From: Dehalococcoidia bacterium
Lineage (GTDB): Bacteria; Chloroflexota; Dehalococcoidia; Lucifugimonadales; UBA3495
Length of the DNA: 64,000 bases
Assembly: GCA_965262595.1 (NCBI GenBank)
Contig: OZ253548.1
Location: 951,645 to 1,015,644 of the forward strand
Direction of reading: 5' to 3'
Shown here piece after piece: positions 30,646 to 40,443 of the stretch. A program made the position numbers and the translations under genes. How positions within the stretch are numbered: position 1 is the first letter of the stretch; each line of letters starts with the position of its first letter. The notes under the pieces are model-generated. The model saw only the letters and a list, made by a program, of their open reading frames with translations. It was not told the origin of the DNA and did no database searches.

Positions 30646-31617
30646 ATGAAAGCCGCCAGACTCGTCGGCCCCAGGCAGTTTGAAATCGTTGACGTTGAAG
30701 TTCCGGCCCCGGGGGAAGGGCAATGTCTGATAAGACTGGAAAAGCTCTCCGTATGCGGCAGCGACATTCGCCACGAATACAGCCTCCTCTTCCCTGAAGA
30801 TCACTATCCGGGTGCGCTGGGCGCTCCCTGTCACGAGTGCGCCGGCGTGGTAGTCGAAAGCCGCTGCCAGGAGTTTCAGGAGGGTCAACGGGTGATAATC
30901 TACCCAGGTCGGGGTAGCAAGACCGGCGGGTTGGTGGAATATATCACCTCCGGCCCAAACCTGATGTGCGCCCTTCCCGATGAAGGCGACCTGAGCGAAT
31001 GGGTGTTGTGCCAACCTTCCGGGACCGTTCTCTATTCCGTTCAGCAAATGGGCAGCCTGCTGGGTAAGGACGTGGTCATCATCGGTCAAGGCGTTATCGG
31101 GCTGTCCTTCACCATGCTTACCGCCAAGTTGGGCGCGCGGCGAGTCATTGGCATTGACCCGCTGGATTACCGCCTGGACTGGTCAAAGCGTATGGGCGCG
31201 ACCCACACGCTGAACCCGGACCGGGACAATGTGGTTGAGGCGGTAATGGAACTAACCGGAGGCCCAGGCAGCGACGTAGTAGTCGAAGCCGCAGGCTATC
31301 CGGACAGCTTTAATACCGCCCTACGCCTGGTGCGTCAGTTTGGCAAGGTGATGGTATTCGGCATTCAGTCCGACCAATTCATTCCGGTACAGCACGAGTT
31401 GTTGATGGACCGGCAGCCGATCCTCATCCCCACTACCGGAGGCCGGATTACCGACCCGATGGCGCCAATCAAGACGATGGTGGAACTGAAACAGCGGGGC
31501 TGGTGCGACCCCGGTCAAATGGTGACCCATCGTATGCCTTTTGAAGAGGTGCAAAAGGCCTTTGAGCTTTACGAAAACCAGTCGGACGGCATTATCAAGG
31601 TAGTAATGAGCGTTTAA
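30646..31617 (+). CDS. Zinc-dependent alcohol/threonine/sorbitol dehydrogenase family (MDR)
   Basis: 323 aa. LSVCGSDIRH...HECAGVV...VVIIGQGVIGL... Confidence 0.8.
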   Translation: MKAARLVGPRQFEIVDVEVPAPGEGQCLIRLEKLSVCGSDIRHEYSLLFPEDHYPGALGAPCHECAGVVVESRCQEFQEGQRVIIYPGRGSKTGGLVEYITSGPNLMCALPDEGDLSEWVLCQPSGTVLYSVQQMGSLLGKDVVIIGQGVIGLSFTMLTAKLGARRVIGIDPLDYRLDWSKRMGATHTLNPDRDNVVEAVMELTGGPGSDVVVEAAGYPDSFNTALRLVRQFGKVMVFGIQSDQFIPVQHELLMDRQPILIPTTGGRITDPMAPIKTMVELKQRGWCDPGQMVTHRMPFEEVQKAFELYENQSDGIIKVVMSV

Positions 31618-31662
31618 TACCAGCGCAAATATCTGCGAGAAAAAAGAAAAGGGAGGACAAAC

Positions 31663-31998
31663 ATGGGCACTTATCGAATGTACACCGGAGACGATGGACA
31701 AACCCACGTGGAAACTATTGACCTGGACCAGACCCCGGATTGGACGTCAGCACAAGCTGCCACCACCATAGCCTTCAGGGAGGCCCCCGTAGGGCGGTTT
31801 CAGGACTGGCATCCGGCGCCTCGCGCCCAATATGTCATCATCCTGTCGGGACAGTTGGAAATCGGCTTTGGGGACGGCTCCAAGCAGGTATTCGGCCCCG
31901 GCGACGCCCGCCTGGTAGCCGACACCACCGGAAAGGGCCATACCACGGCCACCTATGGCGATGTGCCTTGTGTCACCGCCACCGTGCCTTTGGCCTAG
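31663..31998 (+). CDS. Small cupin-like protein
   Basis: 111 aa. ...WHPAPRAQYVIILSGQLEIGFGDGSKQVFGPGDARLVADTTGKGH suggests a cupin barrel. Family assigned from pattern only. Confidence 0.45.
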   Translation: MGTYRMYTGDDGQTHVETIDLDQTPDWTSAQAATTIAFREAPVGRFQDWHPAPRAQYVIILSGQLEIGFGDGSKQVFGPGDARLVADTTGKGHTTATYGDVPCVTATVPLA

Positions 31999-32022
31999 CA
32001 GGTCTGTATCAGACTCTACGAA

Positions 32023-32071
32023 CCTCTGCGCCTCTTTGTGCAATACACCTGTTCACAAAGAGACGCAGAGG
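32023..32071 (+). terminator. Long hairpin after the cupin gene
   Basis: CCTCTGCGCCTCTTTGTG (32023-32040), 13-nt loop, CACAAAGAGACGCAGAGG (32054-32071), with one mismatch. Confidence 0.5.
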
Positions 32072-32083
32072 TGGGAGAAAGGA

Positions 32084-32875
32084 TTGGAAGAATACAACCG
32101 AAAGCGAGTGCTAGTTATTACAGCGATTGTTTTGACCGCAAGTGTGGTTGCTTCTTTTCTCTTGTGGCGGTTAATTGTCAAAAGCTATGAGGATACAACT
32201 CCCTTTGAATACCGCGGGGCTGTTGTCCAGCCTGACCCTAACCTCGTCGAGAGAGCAACTGCCTATATCGTAGCTGTAACTACTAATGACGGTTATGGCG
32301 GTGCTGGATTCTTCACTTATAACCCTGAAAACAAGACTGAATGGTATGTAGTCACCAATGAGCATATCGTCGGTGACGATGAGAGTGTCTCTGTGTACTG
32401 GCCAGAAGCCAACCAACAAATTGATAACGTGCCAGTCCTATACATCGACAATATATCGGACATAGCAATCCTCAATTTGCAACCCCGAATGTTCAGAATA
32501 AGCGGCCAAGTTGATGGACTGGAGTACATTAAGAATGTTGGGGCAGGGATTTATACTTCTTCGGAAAGACCCTCTCCTGGAACGCCCATCTTCACTTTCG
32601 GATTCCCAAACAGTGCCCAAGGTGAATTAACAAAGACTATTGGAACCGTAAAGAGCAGGAGAGCTTCCGAGTATTGCGGAAACCAGCCGATAGTAAATTG
32701 GCTCGCCATTGGAAACGAAACCAGCCGTCCCGGGTTCAGCGGAGGCCCCGTGCTCACTTATGAAGGCGCCATCGTCGGAATGAATAGCTGTGGCCCAGAG
32801 GACGAATTTAGCGGCTTAGCGACTCCCATGGAAGAAATACGAAGCAGAATAAAAGCGATGAATAACCGCCGATAG
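32084..32875 (+). CDS. Membrane-anchored trypsin-like (S1/S1C) serine protease, low-GC gene; start uncertain
   Basis: N-terminal TM helix (VLVITAIVLTASVVASFLLW). Motifs: GAGFFTY...VVTNEHIV (His), DIAIL (Asp), SRPGFSGGPV (Ser). The start is placed at TTG 32084, after the hairpin and GGGAG. Confidence 0.6.
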   Translation: MEEYNRKRVLVITAIVLTASVVASFLLWRLIVKSYEDTTPFEYRGAVVQPDPNLVERATAYIVAVTTNDGYGGAGFFTYNPENKTEWYVVTNEHIVGDDESVSVYWPEANQQIDNVPVLYIDNISDIAILNLQPRMFRISGQVDGLEYIKNVGAGIYTSSERPSPGTPIFTFGFPNSAQGELTKTIGTVKSRRASEYCGNQPIVNWLAIGNETSRPGFSGGPVLTYEGAIVGMNSCGPEDEFSGLATPMEEIRSRIKAMNNRR

Positions 32876-32893
32876 CCTCTGAGTTTGCACTCC

Positions 32894-33253
32894 CTATTCC
32901 GGGTAAGTTAGCTTGAGCAGGGTATGCCGCCGGTTGCGGGTGTAGGGGCGCACCTGTTCCGGCCAGCTCCCGGCGTCCACCGCTTCGCTCCAAGCCTGGC
33001 CGGTCAACACTTCCGGGCTTTCCAGTTCGTAAAGGGCATGATGTTTCGGCTCATTCTCTATGACGATAGTGCGGGTCTCGCCGCCCATACTTATGACTAG
33101 CTCCTGAGTCTCGAAACGGGCCACGGAAATTACTCCGGGCACTTGAGACAACCGGGGGCAATGCTCCGAATTGTAAACCTCGTTGAACCGGGCTTCTCGC
33201 TCCGGCTCCACATCCATGCTGGCAATGAATAAATAACGGGAACGCTGGACCAT
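32894..33253 (-). CDS. Small alpha+beta barrel protein (EthD/DUF-type), function unknown
   Basis: ATG at 33251-33253 behind GGAGAAGAAAAA. ...EARFNEVYNSEHCPRLSQVPGVISVARFE resembles the FN.WY..EH.P....PG...ARR pattern of EthD-like proteins. Confidence 0.35.
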   Translation of the reverse strand: MVQRSRYLFIASMDVEPEREARFNEVYNSEHCPRLSQVPGVISVARFETQELVISMGGETRTIVIENEPKHHALYELESPEVLTGQAWSEAVDAGSWPEQVRPYTRNRRHTLLKLTYPE

Positions 33254-33424
33254 TTTTTCTTCTCCGGTTATCCGATTATCGACTGATAAGAAGTTCAGCC
33301 CGACCCACGGATTATAGGAGATAGGGAAGAGGGAAACAAATATACCGGCAATAGAAACCGGCCCGGCGAGGGTCTCTCTCACCGGGCCGGTGTGCCGATT
33401 CCTTGAATCAGGAAATGAGCCGGG

Positions 33425-35077
33425 TTAAAAGGCTCGCTTGTGGGAGGTATCAGTCTCGGCGCTGGTGATGAACTCCAGCAGCACGGCCCGCCCCTCTTCG
33501 GTTTGCTGGCGCGCCCTGCGGAAGGCCGGAGCAATTTCCGACGGGGACTCGATACGTTCGGCATAGCCTCCCATTGCCCGTCCCATATCAGCGTAATTCC
33601 CGCCCAGGTCACGGGTGCCATACAGGGCATGGGATGTAGCCATCGCGCCGGTTTCCACTGCCATCGTTGAGTTGTTCAGCACTACGGTAATGATTGGTAT
33701 CCCGCATCGGGATGCCGTCTCAAAGTCCAAGCCGGTCATTCCGAAGGCCGCGTCGCCCATAAAGTTAATGCAAACCTTTTCCGGCTTGGCCAACTTGGCG
33801 CCCATTACCAGACCCAGGCCGGTGCCCAAGCCGTGGGATTTTCCCCACCCCAGGTAGCTGCGGGGGCCCTCCGTCCGGTAGAAGGGCATTATCTGGTCCC
33901 GGGGACTGCCGGAGTCGTGAGTTACAATGGCCTCGCTGGGCGGAACGGTCTGCATAAACTCCCAGATAACCCGATAGGGATTTATCGGCATACCCTGGTT
34001 ATTGAGCTTGTGGGACCACTGGCTAAGCCAGGCGTCCCGTTCGGTTAGTATTTCCTGGGCAGTTTCCCGGTCCATGGAGCGGTGATCGCCGACGATCTCG
34101 CGGCAGGCCTCGATCATCTGGCGCAGCACCAGTTTGGCGTCGCCGATGATGGGATAGTCCACGTCGTAGTCCTTGTTCAAGTCCCGCGGGTCATTGGTCG
34201 AGTGAATTATTGTCTTGCCCGGCGGGATGTTCATTGACATGCCATGCTTGGTGAAGCTGCAACCGATTCCAAACAGGACATCGCACCGGCTGACAAAGTG
34301 GTAAACCGGCCCGGACATCACTCCGGTGCCGCTGCCCAAAGCCAGGGGATGAGTTTCGGGAAAGGCGCTTTTGCCCAATAGGGTGGTCATGACCGGCGCC
34401 TGTAGTAGTTCGGCCAATTCAATCAATTCATCATAAGCGCGGGCATACAACGTACCCTGCCCAGCGTGAATTACCGGGTAGCGAGCGTCGCACAGCGCGC
34501 GGGCCGCCGCTTCAACGTCCGAAGGGTTGCCCTGGGACGCCACCTGCCGAACCTTTTGGCTCCAGTAGAAATCCGATTCGTTGACCTCTTCCAAGGCCAC
34601 GTCGGAGGGAATTTCAACCATCACCGGGCCAGGCCGACCCTGGTGCAATCCGGAAAATGCACGGCGCATCACCTGGGCGGTGCGTGACGGGGTGTTAATC
34701 TGCTCAATATACTTGGTCACCCCACCGTAATTTGCTACCGAGCTGAAGTGGGGCAATATTCCCTGGCGTTCCCGCGGCTCGCCCAGGGGCAGCAGCAGAA
34801 TGGGAGTTGAATCGGAATAAGCGGTGGCAACGCCAGGGTAGGCGTTCTCGGCGCCGGGGCCGTACTGCATGGCAAACACGCCGGGCCGTTCACCATCGGT
34901 TACCCGACTATAGCCATCGGCGATGCCCACCCCCACCCGCTCCTGACGGCAAACTATGGGGCGAATTCCGGCCGCCGCCGCCGCTTCAATAACCGGAGTG
35001 GTAGGAAAGCAACTGAGAAACTCCACCCCTTCCCGTTTCAGGATTTCGGCAATTGCCTCAATCGTATTCAATTCCAT
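33425..35077 (-). CDS. Thiamine-diphosphate-dependent enzyme (acetolactate synthase/sulfoacetaldehyde acetyltransferase-like)
   Basis: 550 aa. N-terminal TPP-pyrimidine domain (...CRQERVGVGIADGYSRV), C-terminal GDAAFGM...NN TPP-binding motif. Confidence 0.8.
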   Translation of the reverse strand: MELNTIEAIAEILKREGVEFLSCFPTTPVIEAAAAAGIRPIVCRQERVGVGIADGYSRVTDGERPGVFAMQYGPGAENAYPGVATAYSDSTPILLLPLGEPRERQGILPHFSSVANYGGVTKYIEQINTPSRTAQVMRRAFSGLHQGRPGPVMVEIPSDVALEEVNESDFYWSQKVRQVASQGNPSDVEAAARALCDARYPVIHAGQGTLYARAYDELIELAELLQAPVMTTLLGKSAFPETHPLALGSGTGVMSGPVYHFVSRCDVLFGIGCSFTKHGMSMNIPPGKTIIHSTNDPRDLNKDYDVDYPIIGDAKLVLRQMIEACREIVGDHRSMDRETAQEILTERDAWLSQWSHKLNNQGMPINPYRVIWEFMQTVPPSEAIVTHDSGSPRDQIMPFYRTEGPRSYLGWGKSHGLGTGLGLVMGAKLAKPEKVCINFMGDAAFGMTGLDFETASRCGIPIITVVLNNSTMAVETGAMATSHALYGTRDLGGNYADMGRAMGGYAERIESPSEIAPAFRRARQQTEEGRAVLLEFITSAETDTSHKRAF

Positions 35078-35171
35078 ACCCCCACAAAATATCTGATTTG
35101 GATCAAGCGTACCGGCTGCGCCGGTTCCCGGTTAAACTGATGTCCAGATTCTTGGTTACTAGAGACCTCTC

Positions 35172-35765
35172 CTATATACCTCGAGCGGCCTCATAGGCTG
35201 CTATTTCATCCTCTTTCTGTAGCGTCAGGCCAATGTCGTCCAGGCCGTTGAGCAGGCAGTATCGCCGGAACGACTCGACCTCAAACTCCAGGACAATCTC
35301 CTCGTTTTCGTCCCAAATGCGTTGGGCATCCAGGTCAACATTCAACTGTATCCCCGGGTTATCTGAGGCCAGGTCGATAATCCGCCGCACCTGATCTTCG
35401 GGTAGGACGATGGGCAGCAAGCCGTTCTGGAAGCAGTTGTTGAAGAATATGTCAGCAAAGCTGGGGGCTATAACGCAGCGGATGCCGAAGTCGTTCAAGG
35501 CCCAGGGAGCATGCTCCCGGGAAGAGCCGCAACCGAAGTTGCGACCGGCAACGATGATACTGGCGTTCTGGTAGTCGGGCTGATTCAGCACAAACTCCGG
35601 TTTAGGACTGCCATCTTCGTTAAAACGCCAACTGGAAAAGAGAAACTCGCCGTATCCGGTACGTTCGATACGCTTCAGATGCACCGCCGGAATAATGGCG
35701 TCCGTGTCTATGTTTACCCGGTCTATCGGGGCTACCACCCCGGTCAATTTCACAAAGGGTTCCAT
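35172..35765 (-). CDS. leuD: 3-isopropylmalate dehydratase small subunit
   Basis: 197 aa. ...[10 protein letters not shown]...[15 protein letters not shown]. Confidence 0.9.
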   Translation of the reverse strand: MEPFVKLTGVVAPIDRVNIDTDAIIPAVHLKRIERTGYGEFLFSSWRFNEDGSPKPEFVLNQPDYQNASIIVAGRNFGCGSSREHAPWALNDFGIRCVIAPSFADIFFNNCFQNGLLPIVLPEDQVRRIIDLASDNPGIQLNVDLDAQRIWDENEEIVLEFEVESFRRYCLLNGLDDIGLTLQKEDEIAAYEAARGI

Positions 35766-35793
35766 TTCGGCTTTCTCCTACGATTCTGTGCTC

Positions 35794-37227
35794 TTACCAT
35801 TCCCTGATGTCAACGAAATGGCCGGCGATGGCAGCGGCAGCGGCCATGGGGGGGCTGACCAGATGAGTTCGCCCGCCCTTGCCCTGGCGACCTTCAAAGT
35901 TTCGGTTGGAAGTAGAGGCGCAGCGCTGACCCGGCTCCAGGACGTCCGGATTCATACCAAGGCACATGGAACAACCGGCTACGCGCCAGTCCAAACCGGC
36001 GTCGATAAATATGCGGTCCAGTCCCTCCTCCTCGGCCTGTTTCTTGACCAAGGCCGAGCCGGGGACAACCATAGCGTAAACGTCGGGGTGGGCTTTGCGG
36101 CCCTTTACGACCTCCGCCGCCGCTCGCAGGTCTTCCAGCCGAGCGTTGGTGCAGGCGCCGATAAATACCCGGTCGATTTTTACGTCCTGGATCGGCGTAT
36201 TCGGCTCCAGACCCATGTAAATCAAGGCGCGCTCGGCGGCCTCCCGTTGCGCTGCTTCGGCAAAAGAGGCCGGGTCGGGAACTCGGTCCGTAACTTTGGC
36301 AACCATGCCGGGATTGGTGCCCCAGGTAACAAAGGGTTCCAGGGAAGCGCCGTCTATCTCCACCAGCCGGTCAAAGGCAGCCCCCTGGTCGGTAGGCAGC
36401 TTGCGCCATTCTTCGATAGCCGCCTCCAATTCTGCGCCCTTGGGAGCGAACTGGCGGCCTTTTACATACTCAAAAGTGGTTTCATCCGGCGCAATCATCC
36501 CGGCCCGGGCGCCGCCTTCAATGCTCATGTTGCAGACCGTCATCCGACCGTCCATTGACATGGAGCGGATGGCTTCCCCGGTATATTCAATAACGTGACC
36601 GACACCGCCGTTGACGCCAATCTGACCGATGATGCCGAGAATGACATCTTTGGCAACCACGCCCATGGGCAGTTGTCCATTGACCCGCACTTCCATTGTC
36701 CTGGGTTTGAATTGGCGCAGGGTCTGGGTCGCCAGCACATGCTCCACTTCGGAAGTACCAATGCCCAGGGCAAAACAGCCCAGGGCGCCGTGGGTCGAGG
36801 TATGGCTATCGCCGCACACAACGGTCTTTCCGGGCTGGGTGTAACCCAAGTCCGGGCCGATGATGTGGACTATGCCTTGATAAGGACTGAAACGGTCGTA
36901 CAGGGTAATTCCGAATTCCCGCGTATTGTCGGTCAGGGCGTCCAACTGCCGCTTGGAAACCTCATCGGTAATGGGCAGGGACAGGTCCCAGGTAGGCGTA
37001 TTGTGGTCCGCGGTGGCGATGGTCAAATCGGGACGGCGTACCCCGCGCCCGGCCAACCGGAGACCGTCAAAGGCCTGGGGGGTTGTTACTTCGTGAATCA
37101 GGTGCAAATCTACATACAGCACCGTTGGCTGCCCCGGTTCCTCGTGAACCACGTGGGCATCCCAAATCTTTTCAAACATTGTTTTTGGCGGCATAACCAA
37201 TTGCTCTCCCTGGATAGTTTGCGTCAT
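35794..37227 (-). CDS. leuC: 3-isopropylmalate dehydratase large subunit
   Basis: ATG at 37225-37227 behind [20 protein letters not shown]...[14 protein letters not shown]...VCGDSHT...aconitase-family Cys motifs ([13 protein letters not shown]). Confidence 0.95.
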   Translation of the reverse strand: MTQTIQGEQLVMPPKTMFEKIWDAHVVHEEPGQPTVLYVDLHLIHEVTTPQAFDGLRLAGRGVRRPDLTIATADHNTPTWDLSLPITDEVSKRQLDALTDNTREFGITLYDRFSPYQGIVHIIGPDLGYTQPGKTVVCGDSHTSTHGALGCFALGIGTSEVEHVLATQTLRQFKPRTMEVRVNGQLPMGVVAKDVILGIIGQIGVNGGVGHVIEYTGEAIRSMSMDGRMTVCNMSIEGGARAGMIAPDETTFEYVKGRQFAPKGAELEAAIEEWRKLPTDQGAAFDRLVEIDGASLEPFVTWGTNPGMVAKVTDRVPDPASFAEAAQREAAERALIYMGLEPNTPIQDVKIDRVFIGACTNARLEDLRAAAEVVKGRKAHPDVYAMVVPGSALVKKQAEEEGLDRIFIDAGLDWRVAGCSMCLGMNPDVLEPGQRCASTSNRNFEGRQGKGGRTHLVSPPMAAAAAIAGHFVDIREW

Positions 37228-37409
37228 TATAACACCCTCCTTCACCCGTTCCACCACAATTCCCCCGAACGGACAAATCCAACAACCCGAGAGGCCTGGG
37301 CGAAATTGCCCTGAGACTTGCAATTCCTCCCCCACCCCCGCTAAAATCCAGAAGAGTCATCAATGGCGCAGGGTGTCTCCGCTCAACCCTGGTCGCAGGA
37401 GGAAAGGCA

Positions 37410-39437
37410 ATGGTTGCAGCAACCCGCATAATGGCTGCCGGAAAAGCCGGGCTGGAATGCCTGCCTTACTTTGTGGACGAACTGCTGGCACAGGGAATTC
37501 CCCAGTTGGCGCCCTGGGCAGCTGACCATATGCAAGAACAGATTAACACCCTGAACGTGATGGTTCAGGAACGACGCTCGGGACCATGGCAAAAGATTTA
37601 CCAGATTGGCAGCCCCAACACAAGAATAGGGATTGTGTTGACCCCGGACGAGGTCCAGAGTAAGCGGTTGCTGGGTCGGGTTAACCCCCTCAGCGCCGAG
37701 ACCACCGCATTAGCCGACCACCCGGCTTTGCTAGCCGCCTGGTGCCGAATAAATATCGGGCAGTACTGTCGTGAAACGTTGGCGCTGTGGGAAAGCTACA
37801 AGTGGGAAAACGGCCTTGGCAACGACCAGCAACTCGCGGTAGTGATACCCTTCTGCCCGGAGGGGCCTACTTCCGGGACTGTTGGTATGTACCTGGGTGC
37901 GGCCTTGCGAAAATACTTCGCGGACCGGAGAAGGGGCAACGAATTAGTGGTATGGGGCATTGAGCTTTGCCCGCCGGTGAACGAGGACGCTACCGGCAAT
38001 CTAGACCAATTTGCGGCGCGAAACATTTTCCGTGGTTTTGTAGCCCGGGAAGAATTGTTGCGAAACCAGGGGTTGCCTTTGACTGACAACCCTCAAGATA
38101 CGGGCAGCCATCAACCATTCGACATCACCATTGCATTCGATGGTGGCGCTACCAAAGCGCCCTTCGACGACATAAACGATATTCATCAAGCCATGGACCG
38201 GGCCGCGGCCCAGACCACTGCATGCTTGTTGAATGGTGCTGCCGGCGGCGACCCGGAAGAGTCAGCCAACTGGCTGAGAGAGGGCGGACGCTGGAACGCC
38301 CTCTTGACGCACGTAGTATCCGAAGGCTCTTATAACCGCGCTTGCCGTTATCTGAATTATCATGTAAGACTGCCCTGGTACCGGGAACCGGAAAAGTGGA
38401 AGGCGGCAAGTACTACCAGTCGGAAGCAGACTTTTAACACATGCGTCAAAGAGGAAATCCGCCCCTTGCTGGAAAACGAGAAGGATTCTACTGTCTTAGA
38501 GAAAGTCAAATTGCTGGCAAAATTTTCGGATGATGCGCAATCCGTGAAGTGGGATCAGGGCATTGCCAAACCTTTCACCGGGAATCACAAGAAAGTCGAA
38601 GCCATCCTCGGTGAAGCGTTAACAAAAAGCGAAGAAGCGTATCAGGAGTTCAACCTATCGTCCCCCAACGCGTTGGTAGCCCGGAAAGACCCTTTCTGCA
38701 TCAACATGATGTTGCCCGAGGGGCTGCGACGGTCATTGTCGGAGCAAATGCGAGACTCCAATGATCCAATCCCCCTTGGCAACTTTCTGGGCGACAACGC
38801 CATTTCAGCGGTCCGGAACCAGATAACAGGGCTTATCACGCAAGTTTTGCAGCGAAGCGACTGCCTGGCGCCGGAGTCCAACTCCCAAGCCCTTTTTGAG
38901 CAAATTATTGCCATTCCCATCGGGGATCTTAGCAACGACCCCAGCAACCGGAATTTCCGACCGTATCTGGGAAGCCTACTCGACTTTGTTCGAATTGAAA
39001 AGCGGGGACACGACGGCGATTTAAACTTCCTGCCATATAGTTTGCGCGAACGGGCACACGTGGCTGAACCGGAAAACAACGACCCGTGGGAGCGCATTTG
39101 GAGCCTGAAATGGAATCTGAAGGACGTTAGTTTTGACATTCCGGTTGAGTTCAGTTTCCTGACATTGGCCCGTTGCCGGCCCGAGGATGGTTTCAGAGAC
39201 GTAAGCACTTACGACCGATTAGAGCAAGCGCATAGAGAACGCACCGGTGATCTGCGTAGTTGGCAAGAGTATGCCCGTTATTACGGCGTAAGGCCGCCGA
39301 CGGCCCTGCTGACCACCGACTCCTCAGACAATGAAGAGCCGGGGCAGATCGATGCCGACAAGGATGGCCACAACACGGTCAGCCCTATTCCGGAGGCCGA
39401 CATACTAGAGAGCAAGTTTAATGCCGACCCTTCCTAA
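37410..39437 (+). CDS. Large hypothetical protein with degenerate tubulin/FtsZ-like N-terminal signatures
   Basis: 675-aa ORF behind AGGAGGAAAGGCA. Motifs: TRIMAAGKAGLECL (T1-like), LAVVIPFCPEGPTSGTVGMYLGAALRKYF (T4-like), ARNIFRGFVAREELL. The confidence value refers to the fold assignment; the ORF itself looks real. Confidence 0.35.
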   Translation: MVAATRIMAAGKAGLECLPYFVDELLAQGIPQLAPWAADHMQEQINTLNVMVQERRSGPWQKIYQIGSPNTRIGIVLTPDEVQSKRLLGRVNPLSAETTALADHPALLAAWCRINIGQYCRETLALWESYKWENGLGNDQQLAVVIPFCPEGPTSGTVGMYLGAALRKYFADRRRGNELVVWGIELCPPVNEDATGNLDQFAARNIFRGFVAREELLRNQGLPLTDNPQDTGSHQPFDITIAFDGGATKAPFDDINDIHQAMDRAAAQTTACLLNGAAGGDPEESANWLREGGRWNALLTHVVSEGSYNRACRYLNYHVRLPWYREPEKWKAASTTSRKQTFNTCVKEEIRPLLENEKDSTVLEKVKLLAKFSDDAQSVKWDQGIAKPFTGNHKKVEAILGEALTKSEEAYQEFNLSSPNALVARKDPFCINMMLPEGLRRSLSEQMRDSNDPIPLGNFLGDNAISAVRNQITGLITQVLQRSDCLAPESNSQALFEQIIAIPIGDLSNDPSNRNFRPYLGSLLDFVRIEKRGHDGDLNFLPYSLRERAHVAEPENNDPWERIWSLKWNLKDVSFDIPVEFSFLTLARCRPEDGFRDVSTYDRLEQAHRERTGDLRSWQEYARYYGVRPPTALLTTDSSDNEEPGQIDADKDGHNTVSPIPEADILESKFNADPS

Positions 39438-40251
39438 GCGCTTGTTGAATGCCGCATTGCTGGCTATCTTAGCAGTTGCCTTATTTTGGCCCGGCAGCAC
39501 CTCTGCTCAGCCTCCATTGCAGCGTGGATTGGAAACACCCGAAATCGCCGAGCCGGAATGTTCCTTTTATCTAGACCGCGATGGTGATGGCGAGGGCAAC
39601 GAACGATTTGACGCCGAACCTGAAGAATACGTCCCTCAGGAAACCCCCATAGTTGGCGGATGTACCTTCAAGTTGAACACTCCCGCCGAGGCAACCATGG
39701 TGGTCGAATCAGAGTTGAAAGACTGGAATGGGGACTTTAAGCTAAAGAAAGAACCCGGAATACCTACCGAACACAAGGTGTACCCTGGAGACAAGGAAAT
39801 ACCCAATGTCCAGGGGAGCATGGTGGTTACTCTCAATTTCCGGGGAAATACACCGCGCAGTATCAGATCCCGTACCCTGCCGGATGGGTATTGGCACGAG
39901 GTGCAAATCCCGGAGGAGTTTCAGCTGCTGGAGGTAACGGTTGTTACTGCTGACGGCAGAAGAGACCGCCTGGAGAAAAGCGTCAAGACCGCCAGCGTAG
40001 CCCATATCCAGGCTTACCGTCAACTTTCTGAGCAGGAAACTGAATTGCCGAATTGGGCCGTAGCTCTAGCCCAAGAACGACTCGCTGAAGGCTACCCCCA
40101 ATTTGCGGACCACGTCATCACGATGGCGATGAATTCCGGCAATGCAGGCAGTGGCGGCATCAATCGGTGGATGTGGTCGGCAATAATCACGTGGGCAGTA
40201 ATTTTTATCTTGGGCGCAGTTGGTGGTCTATTGTACATCAAAAACCACTAA
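39421..40251 (+). CDS. Hypothetical secreted protein with a C-terminal membrane anchor
   Basis: 276 aa. The start overlaps the upstream gene by 17 nt. Signal peptide ...LAILAVALFWPGSTSAQ, C-terminal TM helix WSAIITWAVIFILGAVGGLLYI. No family recognised. Confidence 0.6.
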   Translation: MPTLPKRLLNAALLAILAVALFWPGSTSAQPPLQRGLETPEIAEPECSFYLDRDGDGEGNERFDAEPEEYVPQETPIVGGCTFKLNTPAEATMVVESELKDWNGDFKLKKEPGIPTEHKVYPGDKEIPNVQGSMVVTLNFRGNTPRSIRSRTLPDGYWHEVQIPEEFQLLEVTVVTADGRRDRLEKSVKTASVAHIQAYRQLSEQETELPNWAVALAQERLAEGYPQFADHVITMAMNSGNAGSGGINRWMWSAIITWAVIFILGAVGGLLYIKNH

Positions 40252-40328
40252 CAGGGTTTGAGTTCATAGCCCCTAATCCAATTGGTATCTCCCTTTTTCA
40301 GCCCAGCTTTATTTGCTGCCTAGAGTTT

Positions 40329-40363
40329 TCCGCCGGCCATTGCCGCCGGCGGACTCTTGTTTT
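40329..40363 (+). terminator. Intrinsic terminator of the two-gene operon
   Basis: TCCGCCGGC (40329-40337) pairs with GCCGGCGGA (40345-40353), followed by CTCTTGTTTT. Confidence 0.75.
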
Positions 40364-40443
40364 GCCAAAACCATCCCGGCTTTATGGTAAACTACCAACA
40401 AATATCGCCTTATTATCAGCTAGACACACGGAGGAACCCTCCT

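Noticed and set aside
35695-37314. Two + strand ORFs of 287 and 239 aa
   Set aside because: They are antisense shadows of leuD/leuC.
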